This document shows, in pieces, positions 20,204-31,880 of a stretch of 64,000 bases of DNA (positions are counted from its first letter, which is position 1; each line of letters opens with the position of its first letter). Source of the DNA: Dehalococcoidia bacterium (GTDB lineage Bacteria > Chloroflexota > Dehalococcoidia > SM23-28-2 > RBG-16-64-32). The stretch is from assembly GCA_963665775.2 (NCBI GenBank), contig CAXXTF010000002.1, forward strand, positions 1,376,001-1,440,000, written 5' to 3'. The position numbers were made by a program, and so were the translations under genes. The notes under the pieces are model-generated. The model searched no databases and was not told the origin of the DNA. It saw nothing but the letters and a program-made list of their open reading frames with translations.

Positions 20204-20249
20204 CTTCCCAAGCAGAGGGCCGTGGGTTCCAGTCCCAGCGCCCGCTTCA
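20204..20249 (+). repeat. Degenerate 3' fragment of tRNA-Gly(CCC) (att-like scar)
   Basis: CTTCCCAAGCAGAGGGCCGTGGGTTCCAGTCCCAGCGCCCGCTTCA; similar to 52961-53006 and 63870-63932. Confidence 0.65.
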
Positions 20250-20315
20250 GGCCCTCAATCCCCATATGAGCATCCCCTGCTGCCGAAGGCTGCTGGGCTA
20301 GAGAGGTTGGAACCT

Positions 20316-20759
20316 ATGGCAACTGTCCGACGCGCCGACGTAACATGGGAGGGTGACCTTGCTACCGGCAGTGGCACCGTTAGCGCCAGCACCAGTAACG
20401 TCTTCACAGCGCTGCCCGTATCCTGGGCCTCCCGCACGGAGACGCCCGACGGCCGCACCAGTCCTGAGGAGCTCGTCGCCGCTGCACATGCCAGTTGTTA
20501 CGCTATGGCGCTATCGGCCGGTCTGGGTCGCGCCGGCACGCCGCCCAGCAAGCTCCAGGTGAGCGCCACCGTGACTTTCGACCGCGTCGAAGGAGGATGG
20601 CGGGTTCTGTCAAGCGCCTTGACTGTTCTCGGCCAAGTAAGTGGCATCGACGAGTCCGCATTCCAGCAGGCGGCCGAAGACGCCAAAGAGAACTGCCCGA
20701 TCTCCCAGGCGCTCAAGGGGAACGTTGACTTGAGCGTGGACGCCAGCTTAGAACGCTGA
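20316..20759 (+). CDS. osmC: OsmC family peroxiredoxin
   Basis: W.G.L..G.G, TSPEELVAAAHASCYAMALS, AKENCPISQAL. Confidence 0.93.
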   Translation: MATVRRADVTWEGDLATGSGTVSASTSNVFTALPVSWASRTETPDGRTSPEELVAAAHASCYAMALSAGLGRAGTPPSKLQVSATVTFDRVEGGWRVLSSALTVLGQVSGIDESAFQQAAEDAKENCPISQALKGNVDLSVDASLER

Positions 20760-21285
20760 TCACCGTATTGTCAGCGATCGGCTGGACCGCTAGGTTGGCA
20801 AGGTTGGACAGATCGGCGCCAGCCAATTCGGTAGGAACCTCTGTAAGTGGGCAGCCTCTTCCCGTACCATTAGCCTGATTAGTGTCCACTTCCTCGACGA
20901 ATCGCGGGACGACCAGCGATCTAGCCTAGGAGTCATTCGATGGCTGAGAAAAGCAAGGACCTTCCGCTAATACTGAAAGTCCACAATGCGACTTGTCCTG
21001 CCTGGATTTTGCGAATTGGATTCTTGAAGAAAATCGAGCCAGGATGTCGAGCCGTCGAGAAGCGTCTCGCCGAGCCATAGGCCCGGTTGCGAAGGGTTGC
21101 GGCCTTCAGATTTCCAACGAGCCCGATGGCCGCGACCTACACGTGGCGGTTGGTTGTCTACACTTACGGTCCGGGCACTAAACCCGGAGGCCAATGGACA
21201 AGAGGCCAGCCGGCATCATCGTACTCCACCTACGGGCGAACCCGCCCACCAGTTACCGTCTAGATTTCGTATCTAGAAAAGCAAA

Positions 21286-21360
<75 letters not shown>

Positions 21361-21543
21361 TCTAGCCTTAATTATACCGTCCCCTGGCCGCCCTGCAACC
21401 GCAGGTGTCCGTCGTATTACCGCCTCTGGGGACGTCACCACCTTAAACGGCAACGGTTGCCTGACGCCGCGATGATTGCTTGACACCTACCATCGCCCAT
21501 ATTAGCCTTCGAGATAGTCTGCTCACTTAGGAGGTGCCGCCTC

Positions 21544-21981
21544 ATGTCGCGCCTAGTGAAGTCCATCCAGATTGACGCCCCTCAGGACCAGGTCTTCAAC
21601 TATGCGGCTGACGTTGGGAAGCAGGCCGAGTGGATCGTTTTCATTAAGGAGATCGAGGTTACATCTGGCGATGGCCACAGCCGTGGCACCACCGACCGAT
21701 GTGTGACCAAGATGGGGCTCCGGAGTGAGGTGATGGAGGCGGAGTGGACTGAGTTCCAGCCTCCCGACTCTTTTGGGCGACGCATCACCAAAGGCATGAA
21801 GATGGAGGGTCGTATCGCCTTCAAGTCTGAGGATGACGGCACCCACGTTCAGTGGAACATCTCCTACCGGCCCCCGTATGGGATGCTGGGCCGCTTCATC
21901 GATATAGCCTTCATGAACCGCATCTTCCAGAACGAGGTCGAGGAGTCCCTGGATAACCTGAAAGCGGCGCTGGAGGGCTGA
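21544..21981 (+). CDS. SRPBCC/polyketide cyclase family protein
   Basis: SIQIDAP.D.VF.Y..D....EW...LDNLKAALE; TTGACA-17-TAGCCT upstream and AGGAGG RBS. Confidence 0.82.
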   Translation: MSRLVKSIQIDAPQDQVFNYAADVGKQAEWIVFIKEIEVTSGDGHSRGTTDRCVTKMGLRSEVMEAEWTEFQPPDSFGRRITKGMKMEGRIAFKSEDDGTHVQWNISYRPPYGMLGRFIDIAFMNRIFQNEVEESLDNLKAALEG

Positions 21982-22030
21982 GACCTCCGGCCACGGGACG
22001 GCCCTTCGCCAGTCGCGCCTCACCGGCTCG

Positions 22031-22059
22031 TTGACACCCCCTGGGGCCGCCGCGATAAT
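22031..22059 (+). promoter_or_regulatory. Sigma-70 promoter of lpdA-lipB
   Basis: TTGACA-17 bp-GATAAT. Confidence 0.6.
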
Positions 22060-22152
22060 GCGGGCGGACGATATGCCCGTTTCTGTAGCTAAAGCTTTGA
22101 TCGATATCGCCTATCGGCGCGGCTAGCGGCGCCGCCAGCAGGAAGGCAGGTT

Positions 22153-23535
22153 GTGGACGAACTCGACTTAGTGGCGATCGGCGGCGGGAGCGGTGGCTAT
22201 ACGGCGGCCATCCGGGCCAGCCAGTTGGGCCTCACCGCAGCCATCATCGAGCGAGACCGAGTCGGCGGCACCTGCCTGCATAAGGGCTGCATACCGACCA
22301 AAGTCCTCCTGGAGACCGCCGAGACCCTATCCCTCGTTCGCAGAAGCGGCACGTTCGGCGTCCTCAGCGAAGGCGTCTCCCTGGACTACGCCACCGTGGC
22401 TGCCCGCAAGAGGCAGGTGGTGGACACCCTTCACAAGGGCCTGTGCTCCCTGATCCAGAAGCACAAAATCGAGGTAATACAGGGCCAGGCCCGGCTCCTC
22501 ACGCCCACACAGGTCGCCGTTGGTGACCGCCTGCTGGGGGCGAAGCAGATCGTCCTGGCAACAGGTTCCCGGCCGAAGGAGATCCCGGGCCTGGCCACCG
22601 ATGGGGAGCACATCCTCAACAGCGATCACCTTCTGGAGCGGGACGACCCGCCCTCCTCCATCGCGGTCGTTGGTGCCGGAGCCGTGGGCGTGGAGTTCGC
22701 CTCCTTCTACCTGGACATCGGCTGCGACGTCACCCTCATCGAGATGATGCCCAACCTTCTCCCCCTGGAGGACGCTGACCTGGGGAAAGCCCTGGGAAAG
22801 GCCCTCGCCGCCCGTGGCGCCAGGCTCCTCACATCCGGCCGCCTCTTGCCCGAGAGGACCAGCGCGTACGATAACGTCGTCGAGCTCACCGTCCAGCGCG
22901 GTGACGAAGAGACGACCGTAGCCGCTCAGCTGCTCCTCACCGCCGTGGGCCGCGAGGCGGTCACCGATGACCTCGGTCTGGAGAACACGCGTGTGCAGGT
23001 ACAGAACGGCTTTGTGTTAGTGGACGGGAGTTACCGCACGCACGAGCCGACGGTGTACGCTGTGGGGGACGCCATCGGTGGGTTGCTGCTGGCCCACGTC
23101 GCCGCCGCCGAGGGTTTCCTGGCGGCTGAGGCGATCGCCGGCCAGAGGGGCCCGCCCCTGGACTACAGCCGCGTCCCCCGTGTCGCTTACAGCCGACCCC
23201 AGGTGGCGGCCGTCGGGCTCAGCGAGCGGCAGGCGCGTGACGCCGGCCACAAAGTCAAGAGCCAGCGCTTCTCCTTCCGCTACAACGCTATGGCCCTCAT
23301 CCAGGATGAGACCGAGGGGTTCGCCAAGGTCGTTTACGATGGCGACTCCGGCCACCTCCTGGGCGCTCACATCATCGGCCACCGCGCCTCGGAGCTGATA
23401 TCTGAGGCTTCCCTGGCCCGCTTCCTGGGGGCGTCCGCACGAGGGGTGGGAGCCAACATCCACCCGCATCCTTCGCTGAGCGAGGTGCTGGGCGAGGCGG
23501 CCCAGCTCTCGGCGGACATCAGCATCTATTGGTGA
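22153..23535 (+). CDS. lpdA: Dihydrolipoyl dehydrogenase
   Basis: GGGSGG, GGTCLHKGCIPTK, HPHPSLSE. Confidence 0.94.
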   Translation: MDELDLVAIGGGSGGYTAAIRASQLGLTAAIIERDRVGGTCLHKGCIPTKVLLETAETLSLVRRSGTFGVLSEGVSLDYATVAARKRQVVDTLHKGLCSLIQKHKIEVIQGQARLLTPTQVAVGDRLLGAKQIVLATGSRPKEIPGLATDGEHILNSDHLLERDDPPSSIAVVGAGAVGVEFASFYLDIGCDVTLIEMMPNLLPLEDADLGKALGKALAARGARLLTSGRLLPERTSAYDNVVELTVQRGDEETTVAAQLLLTAVGREAVTDDLGLENTRVQVQNGFVLVDGSYRTHEPTVYAVGDAIGGLLLAHVAAAEGFLAAEAIAGQRGPPLDYSRVPRVAYSRPQVAAVGLSERQARDAGHKVKSQRFSFRYNAMALIQDETEGFAKVVYDGDSGHLLGAHIIGHRASELISEASLARFLGASARGVGANIHPHPSLSEVLGEAAQLSADISIYW

Positions 23536-23580
23536 GCCGGTGACGGTAACGTCCAGCCTCGGCGAAGCAGAGGTCATTTG

Positions 23581-24366
23581 ATGGCGCCGCCGCTGTGCCG
23601 CGCCTCCTGGCTGGGCCGCGTCCCGTACGAGGAGGCCTGGCGTCTCCAGAGGGATCTCGCCGTCCGCTGCTCCGCTGGCCTCGCCCCTGATACACTCCTC
23701 CTTCTGGAGCACCCGCCGGTCTATACGACCGGCCGTCGTGGACGCGGCGACAACCTTCGCCCGTCGCCCGCGGTCCTGGGGGCGCCTCTCATCGAGAGCG
23801 ACCGCGGAGGCGCCATTACGTTCCACGGCCCCGGACAGCTCGTCGCTTATCCCATCGTCGACCTGCGAGCCACCGGGCTGGGCGTGACCGGGTATATCGG
23901 CAGGCTGGAGCAGGTGATCATCCGCACTCTGAGCTCGTACGGTATCGCCGGTGGGCGGGAGAGCGGCCTTACCGGCGTCTGGGTGGAAGGCGAGAAGATC
24001 GCGGCCATCGGGGTGCGGGTGAGCCGGCCCGCGGGCGCTGCCGGACGCTGGGTGACCAGCCACGGCCTCGCGATCAACGTGGACGTGGACCTGGGCTGGT
24101 TCCAGCGCATCATCCCCTGTGGCATCGCCGACCGTAGCGTCACCTCGATGGCGAGGCTCCTGGGCGAGGCCCCGCCTCTGCGCGATGTCGCCGATCGGCT
24201 GGCCGTTCATTTCGGTCAGGCGTTTCGGCGTGAGATTGCCGCCGTGCCAGCGCTCCCTCCGACTGAGGCCGCCTTGACCGGGCCGAGGGCCGAATCTACT
24301 ATCAGAGACAGTAAGGACGGCTTGTCTCAAGCAGGTGCCGAGGGAAGATCATTATCTCAGGGCTAG
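23581..24366 (+). CDS. lipB: Lipoyl(octanoyl) transferase
   Basis: LLEHPPVYT.G, DRGG.ITFHGPGQL, KIAAIG, IIPCG. Confidence 0.94.
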   Translation: MAPPLCRASWLGRVPYEEAWRLQRDLAVRCSAGLAPDTLLLLEHPPVYTTGRRGRGDNLRPSPAVLGAPLIESDRGGAITFHGPGQLVAYPIVDLRATGLGVTGYIGRLEQVIIRTLSSYGIAGGRESGLTGVWVEGEKIAAIGVRVSRPAGAAGRWVTSHGLAINVDVDLGWFQRIIPCGIADRSVTSMARLLGEAPPLRDVADRLAVHFGQAFRREIAAVPALPPTEAALTGPRAESTIRDSKDGLSQAGAEGRSLSQG

Positions 24367-24524
24367 GGGTAACGCCGCCCCCGTGGTGGCGGGCCCCGGC
24401 CGGAATCAGGAACGGGCCGTGAACGCATTTCAAGAGCGTCCCATGTTGAAGAGCGCTGGAAGAGAGGCCGCAGTTGAGCGGGCGCACCGTTGATCAGCCG
24501 ATAGGAGCAGAGACCGAGGAGAGG

Positions 24525-25286
24525 ATGGCGGCGCCGGACAGCTCAGACGAGGCCATTATCCAGTCCGTTGACCTCGTCAAGACCTACGACACGGGCCGGG
24601 TGAAGGTGAACGCCCTCCGCGGGGTCAGCCTGACCATCCACCGTGGGGATATGGTCGCTATCATGGGCCCCTCCGGTTGTGACAAGACCACCCTCCTCAA
24701 CTGCCTCTCCGGCCTCGACGTGGTTGATAGCGAGCGCGTCTTCGTGGATCGGGTAGACATCGGCACCATGTCCGATGACGAGAAGACCGAGTACCGCGCC
24801 CGTCGCATGGGCTTCGTCTTCCAGTTCTACAACCTGCTACCCGTGCTCTCCGCCGTGGAGAACGTGGAGCTGCCGCTGCTCGTCTCAGGCGGCGTCTCCA
24901 CCGGCGAGGCCCGCCGGCGCGCCCTGGACAGCCTGGAGCGGGTGCGCCTGCAGGATTGAGCCGAGCACAGGCCGACCGAGCTCTCCGGTGGCCAGAGGCA
25001 GCGTGTGACCATCGCTCGCGCTCTGGTCAACGAGCCGGCCATCGTCTGGGGCGATGAACCCACGGGCGATCTGGACAGCACCACGGCCAACGAGGTCATG
25101 GACCTGCTCTGTGAACTCAATGAAATGAACGCCCAGACCTTCGTCCTGGTCACTCATGCCCAGGAGGTCGCCGATCGCACCGACCGCATCGTTAGGATGC
25201 AGGACGGCCGGATCATCAGCGACCAGCGCGTCCTCGATCGGGAGGCGCGGATCTGGGGGCCAGTCGTAGAGGTCGCGGGCACCTAG
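24525..25286 (+). pseudogene. LolD/MacB-type ABC ATPase, disrupted
   Basis: Walker A reads GPSGCDKT (Gly replaced by Asp); in-frame TGA at 24957-24959 just before ELSGGQRQR. Confidence 0.82.
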
Positions 25287-25295
25287 AGGCCGATA

Positions 25296-28200
25296 ATGGA
25301 GAGCCTGTTCGGCGTCCCCATGGGCACGCTGATGGTGATATTCCTCATCGCCTTCGTGGTTGTGGTGGGCGTGGTGGCCGCGCTGGCATTGCGTAACCGG
25401 GTCCTCCTCAGGCTGGCCCTCCGCGGCATCCCCCGTCGACGGGGTCGAACGATCCTCATCGTCCTGGGCCTGATGCTGGGAACGCTCATCATATCGGCCG
25501 CCTTCGGTACCGGCGATACCATGACCCATACGATCCGCTCCACGGTGCTAACCTCGCTGGGCAACATCGATGACGTGATCTCGGTAAAGGGTGCGGACAC
25601 CGGGAGCGCCTTCTTCGTCCAGGCCGAGGCCGACATCGAATACTTTGACGAGGCCCTGTTCGCCCAGGTCGAGGCTGAGATCGGCGGCTCCGAGCTCGTG
25701 GACGGGCTGGCCCCGGTCATCATCGAGCCGGTGGCCGTACAGGACCGGACCAGCCAGCAGAACGAGCCCCGGGTGACGCTGTTCGCCATCGACCCGGCCC
25801 ATATGGACGGCTTCGGCGAGATCAAGCAGGTAGGTGGCGGCACCGTCTCCCTGACCGCCCTGGCCGAGGGCGAGGTGTATCTGAACGACGTGGCGGCGGA
25901 CGAGTTGAACGCCAGCGCCGGCGACGAGCTGCTGGCCTTCGCCGCGGAGCGGATCATCGAGCTGAGGGTGAAGGCCGTGGTGAAGTACCAGGGCGGCGGC
26001 ACCGATGAAGCCGGCATGCTGATGGCCCTGGACGCTGCCCAGAGCCTTCTTGGCAAGGGTGGGCAGATCAAGCACATCATGGTGTCCAACCAGGGCGGTG
26101 CCCTGTCCGGGGTTAAACACACTGACGCGGTGATAGCCAGCCTGCAGCCCGTCCTGGATCCCCTGGGCCTGGAGGCGGACCCCACCAAGGAGGACGCCCT
26201 GGACTTCGCCAACGAGTTGGGCACGGTGTTCACGTCGTTCTTCATCACGTTCGGCACCTTCTCCATCGCCGCGGGCATCATGCTGATACTGCTGATCTTC
26301 GTCATGCTGGCGGCGGAACGGAAGCCGGAGATGGGCATGGCGCGGGCAGTGGGCACCAAGCGGCGCCACCTGGTCGAGATGTTCCTATTCGAGGGCATGG
26401 TCTACGATCTGCTGGCGGCCGGCGTCGGCGCCGTGCTGGGTCTGGCCGTGGCTTTCGGCATGGTGCTCCTGATGGCCAAGGCGTTCGCTACCTTCGGAGT
26501 GGACATACAGCACGACTTCCGGCTGCGCAGCCTCATCGTCGCCTACACCATGGGGATGCTGCTGACCTTCATCGTCGTCACCGTGTCGGCCTGGCGGGTG
26601 AGCGTCCTCAACATCGTGACCGCCATACGGGACCTGCCGGACCCGCTGATACTGCGCGGGCCTGAGTGGAAACGAGGGCGGCGATGGGCGATAGCGGGCA
26701 TCCTCCTCGCCCACCTTTACGTTCCGATGTCCATTCTGGCGTTCGTACTGAGCGGCGCTCGCCTGGGGGGACTGGGGGCCTGGCTGCGGCGGCAACGGCC
26801 GCCGGCCACATGGTTTCTGGGAGTCGCGGGCGTTGAGCTGGGAGTCATACTGACCATCTCGGGTCTGAGCGCCAGGCACGCGACCCTCTTCGGGATGGGG
26901 ATATCGTTCCTGATCATGGCGCTGGTGCCGCTCCTGCGGCGGCTGGGAGCGCCGGACCGGGTTGCCTTCACCCTCCCAGGTATCCTGCTTCTGGCCTGGT
27001 GGTTGCGCCCGTTCGACTCGCTGGACTTCATCCTGCCCGACATGTCGTCGGATGTCTCTATCTTCCTTCATCACCTCGGGGATCATGTTGGTCATCGGCG
27101 GCACCTGGACACTGATGTATAACTCCGATCTGCTGCTGGGGGCGATCATGGCTGTGTTTGGCCGCGTCCGGCGGCTAACGCCGGTGCTGAAGACCGCCAT
27201 CTCCTACCCCCTGACCAACCGCTTCCGCACTGGCATGACGGTGGCCATGTTCTCCCTGGTCGTGTTCACCTTGGTCGTGATGGCGACCCTGACCAACGCC
27301 TTCTCCCAGGTGCTCAACGACGAGGAGGCGTTCGGCGGCGGCTTCGACCTCCGGGCCCAGACATTGCGCATCAACCCCGTGGAAGATATGGCCACTGCCA
27401 TCCAGGGCGCGGAAACGTTGGACATCGATGACTTCCAGGTTGTGGCCAACCAGTCGATCCTGGCGCTGGCGGCGAAGCAGGTGAAGCCGGTGGACGAGAA
27501 GTTCGAGTCCTACCCGGTGCGGGGCTTCGACGATGAGTTCCTGGCGCATAACACGTACGAGTTCGCCATCATTGCGGAGGGCTATGGCTCAGCGCGGGAG
27601 GTCTGGCAGGCCCTGGCGGATACGCCCGGCCTGGCCGTAGTGGACCCTATCCCTGTTCCTACGCGCGACAACTTCGGCTTCCAGGCGGGCGTACCCGACT
27701 TCAAGCTGGAGGGGTTCTTCATAGAGGATAAGACGTTCCGCCCCGTGAAGGTCGAGGTGTTAGACGAGGCAACCGGCGAGACAGTCACCCTGACCATCAT
27801 CGGGGTGCTCAAGGAGACCTTCCCTCCCTTCATGTTCGGCCTCGGCACCTCTCAGAAGGCGCTGACCGACGCCTTCGGTGCCCAGGCGCAGCCCACTGTT
27901 CACTTCTTCGGGCTCGCGGAGAACGCGGACGTCGACGCTATCGCGGATGCCCTGGAGGTGACCTTCCTGATGAACGGCATGGAGGCTGACGTGCTTGCGG
28001 AGGAGTTGGATAAGCTGGTAGGCACGCAGCTAACGTTCAACTACATACTTCAGGGGTTCATGGGGCTAGGTCTGGTGGTGGGAGTGGCGGCGCTGGGGGT
28101 GATCAGCGCCCGCTCCGTGGTGGAGCGGCGCCAGCAGATAGGCGTGCTGCGGGCGATCGGGTTCCAGCGAGGGATGGTGCAGATCAGCTTCCTGCTGGAA

Positions 28201-28440
28201 TCGTCCCTTGTCGCTTTGCTCGGCATCGGCTTAGGTTCGATTTTGGGCCTGATACTCGCCTACAACATAATCCAGAACATCGCAACCGAAGGAAACCTCG
28301 AGAATATACAGTTCGCTGTCCCCTGGCTCAACCTGACCGTCATCTTCCTCATCGCCTACGGAGCCTCGTTGCTGACCACCTTCCTGCCTGCACGTCAGGC
28401 CTCGCGCGTATACCCGGCCCAGGCGCTGCGCTACGAGTAG
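25296..28440 (+). pseudogene. FtsX/MacB-like ABC permease, frameshifted
   Basis: Two FtsX-type halves (ERKPEMGMARAVG; ERRQQIGVLRAIG, PAQALRYE) split by a frameshift near 27065. Confidence 0.8.
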
Positions 28441-28487
28441 CCGTCCGGCTGCGCGTTCTCCAACGCCTTCGCCGCAGCCCCATAGCC

Positions 28488-28527
28488 CTGACGATGCCCG
28501 CAGCACCTCCGGCGCGGGCATCGTCAG
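28488..28527. repeat. Perfect 14-bp inverted repeat (hairpin)
   Basis: CTGACGATGCCCGC-N12-GCGGGCATCGTCAG, just downstream of the permease gene. Confidence 0.7.
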
Positions 28528-28531
28528 TTCG

Positions 28532-28674
28532 GGAGAGTTCACGGCGGCACCGCTGGTGTCGGTACTGGAGAAGGCGGGGCTGAAGCCCGATGCCGTCGCT
28601 GTGTACGCCACGGCAGGCATCCGGGTGAAGTCCACCGACGAGGCCGGTCGCGTCAGCCACAGATAAAATGGAAC
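28532..28674 (+). pseudogene. Collapsed remnant of a sulfite-oxidase-like molybdoenzyme
   Basis: Frame reads GEFTAAPLVSVLEKAGLKPDAV...RVKSTDEAGRV, i.e. a Moco-domain motif fused to a dimerisation-domain motif. Confidence 0.45.
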
Positions 28675-28766
28675 TTCATGCCCAAGCGGTTCGATCGGAC
28701 CGTCTCCGTGGACGTGGTGGCTAAATAGGACGAGAGAAGTTCGCTTGGGCAACTCTAGTCAAAGAG

Positions 28767-28843
28767 TGGCGCGCTCGGCGGGACTCGAACCCACGACCTC
28801 AGCCTCCGCAAGGCTGCGCTCTATCCAACTGAGCTACGAGCGC
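28767..28843 (-). tRNA. tRNA-Arg(GCG)
   Basis: Anticodon arm CAGCC-TTGCGGA-GGCTG, D-loop with A20, CCA end. Confidence 0.93.
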
Positions 28844-28885
28844 GCAAAAGGGGATCGCTGCTGTGACCCCGGCGAGGGCACACGC

Positions 28886-28971
28886 TGGTGCCGAAGGTGG
28901 GATTTGAACCCACACGCCCTTTCGGACACTGCGCCCTGAACGCAGCGCGTCTGCCGTTCCGCCACTTCGGC
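28886..28971 (-). tRNA. tRNA-Leu(CAG)
   Basis: CTGCG-TTCAGGG-CGCAG, long variable arm, CCA end. Confidence 0.95.
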
Positions 28972-29132
28972 TCGCATACGGGACGCTGTGATAACTCTTG
29001 AGTGGAGGGCCGTACAGCATCTTAACGGCGCCCTCCTGCGTCTGAAGCATATCGCCCTGAGAGTTACGGCGTCAATACGGCGGGCCCTACCGGAACGCCG
29101 CGTTGCTGATCAGAGGGGCCGATACGAACCAG

Positions 29133-29207
29133 TGGTGGGCGGTGCAGGGATTGAACCTGCGACCTCTTGCGTGTGAAGCAAGCGCTCTTCCGCTGAGCTA
29201 ACCGCCC
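29133..29207 (-). tRNA. tRNA-Val(CAC)
   Basis: CTTGC-TTCACAC-GCAAG, CCA end. Confidence 0.95.
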
Positions 29208-29300
29208 GTCTGCAAACGCGATTGTATTGCTGGTGCACAGGCCGCGTCAAGGCGATTCGCCGAGGAGTGACTGGCAGGCGAAATGGAGCAGTGTCGGGCG

Positions 29301-31289
29301 CTACTTGAGGTCGGGGTCCAGGTGGGTCGGCGCTTCCCAGGCCAGACCTGGTTTGGGTGGTGAGACCGGCGGCTTAGTGGGCTCATCGCCTTCCTGGGCT
29401 GCCGGCGTCCCCTCGGCCTGAGCCTCATCGCCACCTGTGGGCAGGGAAACAGCCTTCTTGTTGGGCTCCTCCGACATCAGCGCCGTCAGCGCGTCACCCT
29501 CTATCGTCTCTACCTCTAGCAGGGTGGCAACGATCTGGTCCAGCTTGCTGCGTCCCTCCGTGAGGAGCCGATCCGCCGTGTGGTAGGCTTGGTCGATGAT
29601 CTGGCGCACCTCGTCGTCGATCTCCTCGGCCACCTTCTCGCTGTAGTTCCGCTGCTCGGAGATCTCCCGGCCTAGGAAGATCATCTCCTCCTTGCGGCCA
29701 AAGGTGCGTGGGCCCAAGTCACTCATCCCCCACTGAGTCACCATTTGCCGGGCCAGCCGCGTGGCGCGCTCCAGGTCATCCTGGGGTCCCGTCGTATTCT
29801 CTCCGAATACGAGCTTCTCGGCCACCATGCCACCCATCATCGAGGCCAGCATGTCCTGGAACTGCGACTTAGAGTAGAGGTGACGGTCCTCTTCCGGCAG
29901 GAAGCGGGTGAAGCCACCGGCCATGCCCCGGGCCACTATGCTTATCTTGTAGGGCGGGTCGGCGTTCGGCAGAAGGTGCCCCGTCAGGGCGTGTCCCGCC
30001 TCGTGGTAGGCGATGATCTCCCGCTCCTTCTTGCTGATGACCCGGCTCTTGCGCTCCGGCCCGGCGATGACCCGGTCCACCGCCTCGTCGAACTCCGCCA
30101 TCATGATCTTCTTCTTGCCCCGGCGTGCGGCCAGGATCGCCGCCTCGTTCACCAGGTTGGCCAGGTCGGCACCAGAGAACCCCGGCGTCTGCTTGCCCAG
30201 GACGTCCAGCTTCACATCGCTGCCCAGGGGCTTCCCCTTGCTGTGTACCTCCAGGATCGCTTTTCGGCCCTTAATGTCCGGCCGGTCCAGCATGACCTGC
30301 CGGTCGAACCGCCCCGGCCTCAGTAGCGCCGGGTCCAGGATGTCCGGGCGGTTGGTGGCAGCCACCACGATCACGTTGGTGGCGGTTTCGAAACCGTCCA
30401 TCTCTACCAGGATCTGGTTCAAGGTCTGCTCCCGCTCGTCGTGGCTGCCGCCCAGTCCAGCCCCTCGCTGGCGGCCGACCGCGTCGATCTCGTCGATGAA
30501 GACGATGCAGGGGGAGTTGCGCTTCGCCTGTTCAAACAGGTCGCGCACCCGCGAGGCGCCCACGCCCACGAACATCTCTACGAACTCTGAGCCGCTGATG
30601 GAGTGGAAAGGCACACCCGCTTCTCCGGCCACAGCCTTTGCCAGCAGGGTCTTGCCCGTGCCCGGCGGGCCCACCAGCAGTACCCCCTTGGGGATGCGCG
30701 CGCCCAGCGCCACGAACTTCTCCGGGAACTTGAGGAACTCCACGACCTCCTCGAGCTCCTCCTTTGCTTCCTCCACTCCGGCCACATCCATGAAGGTAAC
30801 GCTTGGCCGGGTAGCATTAAACGTCTTGGCTCGGCTCTTACCAAAGCTCATGGCCTGGCTGTTTGATCCTTGCGCCTGGCGCAGGAAGAAGAAGAGTATC
30901 GCCACGATGATGATGATGGGCGCGAAACTGATGAGAAGTCGCCCCACGTTGTCCCAGGCGCTGGACCCCTTGACCTCGATTATCGGGAACCTCTCATCGC
31001 CGGGCTTAATGCCCGCGCCTTCGAGCACCTCGAACACGGTGAGGCCCTCCTCGATCCTCGCCTTGTAGATGAGATCCGTCTCGCCTGTATTTAGCTTATA
31101 CTCCAGATTATTGCCGTTTACGTCGACGCTGGTGATGTCTCCGGCTGTGGCCGCCGTCACAAAATCCGTGAGGGTCGCATCTACCTCTTTCGAACCGCTG
31201 TCAGGTAAGATCCAGAAGACGAGGATGAGCAAGATACCTGCAAAGATCAGTAGGTAAATGAAACTGCTGCGTAGCCAACGTCCGTTCAT
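29301..31289 (-). CDS. ftsH: ATP-dependent zinc metalloprotease FtsH
   Basis: Two TM helices, [25 protein letters not shown]. Confidence 0.97.
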   Translation of the reverse strand: MNGRWLRSSFIYLLIFAGILLILVFWILPDSGSKEVDATLTDFVTAATAGDITSVDVNGNNLEYKLNTGETDLIYKARIEEGLTVFEVLEGAGIKPGDERFPIIEVKGSSAWDNVGRLLISFAPIIIIVAILFFFLRQAQGSNSQAMSFGKSRAKTFNATRPSVTFMDVAGVEEAKEELEEVVEFLKFPEKFVALGARIPKGVLLVGPPGTGKTLLAKAVAGEAGVPFHSISGSEFVEMFVGVGASRVRDLFEQAKRNSPCIVFIDEIDAVGRQRGAGLGGSHDEREQTLNQILVEMDGFETATNVIVVAATNRPDILDPALLRPGRFDRQVMLDRPDIKGRKAILEVHSKGKPLGSDVKLDVLGKQTPGFSGADLANLVNEAAILAARRGKKKIMMAEFDEAVDRVIAGPERKSRVISKKEREIIAYHEAGHALTGHLLPNADPPYKISIVARGMAGGFTRFLPEEDRHLYSKSQFQDMLASMMGGMVAEKLVFGENTTGPQDDLERATRLARQMVTQWGMSDLGPRTFGRKEEMIFLGREISEQRNYSEKVAEEIDDEVRQIIDQAYHTADRLLTEGRSKLDQIVATLLEVETIEGDALTALMSEEPNKKAVSLPTGGDEAQAEGTPAAQEGDEPTKPPVSPPKPGLAWEAPTHLDPDLK

Positions 31290-31448
31290 CTCGTTATACC
31301 AACCTAAGTTAAGGTCCTAAAGACTGTCAGCCTGTCTACGAGACCGGCTCTAATATATCAGTATACCAAACCCTCACCGGCCCCACTACTGTGCCTACTA
31401 TACTCATACTCAGGGACGGCTACAGCTGCCCCCCGTTACAGTGGTCCC

Positions 31449-31637
31449 TCATTCCGCATCTGAAGCCAGCTTGCCGGACTGGGCCCAGTTCTCTTTAGGG
31501 ATGTCATCAAAGATAACGATGGTGGCCTCCGGAGTGGTGTGCGCGATGTTCACCATAGCTTCCGTTAGCACCCGCGCCAGCTCCTGCTTCTGCGCGTGTG
31601 TCCGGCCTGTCCACATCTCCACTCGAACGATAGGCAT
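31449..31637 (-). CDS. 4-oxalocrotonate tautomerase family protein
   Basis: Pro1 start MPIVRVEM..GRT..QK; GGAGG RBS. Confidence 0.9.
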   Translation of the reverse strand: MPIVRVEMWTGRTHAQKQELARVLTEAMVNIAHTTPEATIVIFDDIPKENWAQSGKLASDAE

Positions 31638-31880
31638 AGACACCTCCAAGAGAGTTACGCCCCCCTGGCAGGGGAGGGATTTGCTCTCAACTTAGTTGGC
31701 CGGGCGCGCGCTTGTCAATCGAGCCCAATGACGCCCTGATGGCCGCCGCCGGGGGCTCTCGTTAGCGGCACGTCTTACCAACTCCTTCTGTGGCTTCACT
31801 GAGAGAGCCTGGGCCGGACGGCGCGGCCTGTTGCCGGCCCTTTGACCCTTTGACCCTGTCGCCCTTACACTAACCCTGCT

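Noticed and set aside
20760-21285. Possible gene or ncRNA between osmC and tRNA-Gly
   Set aside because: Only short ORFs without motifs and no recognisable RNA structure; probably degraded accessory DNA.
22153-24366. lpdA-lipB without adjacent E1/E2 or glycine-cleavage genes
   Set aside because: Partner genes are commonly encoded elsewhere; nothing unusual can be shown from this window.
24957-24959. In-frame TGA as selenocysteine or genome-wide TGA=Trp recoding
   Set aside because: The position is not a Cys site, the gene has other lesions, and many intact genes here (cofD, rarA, lpdA, osmC) terminate with TGA.
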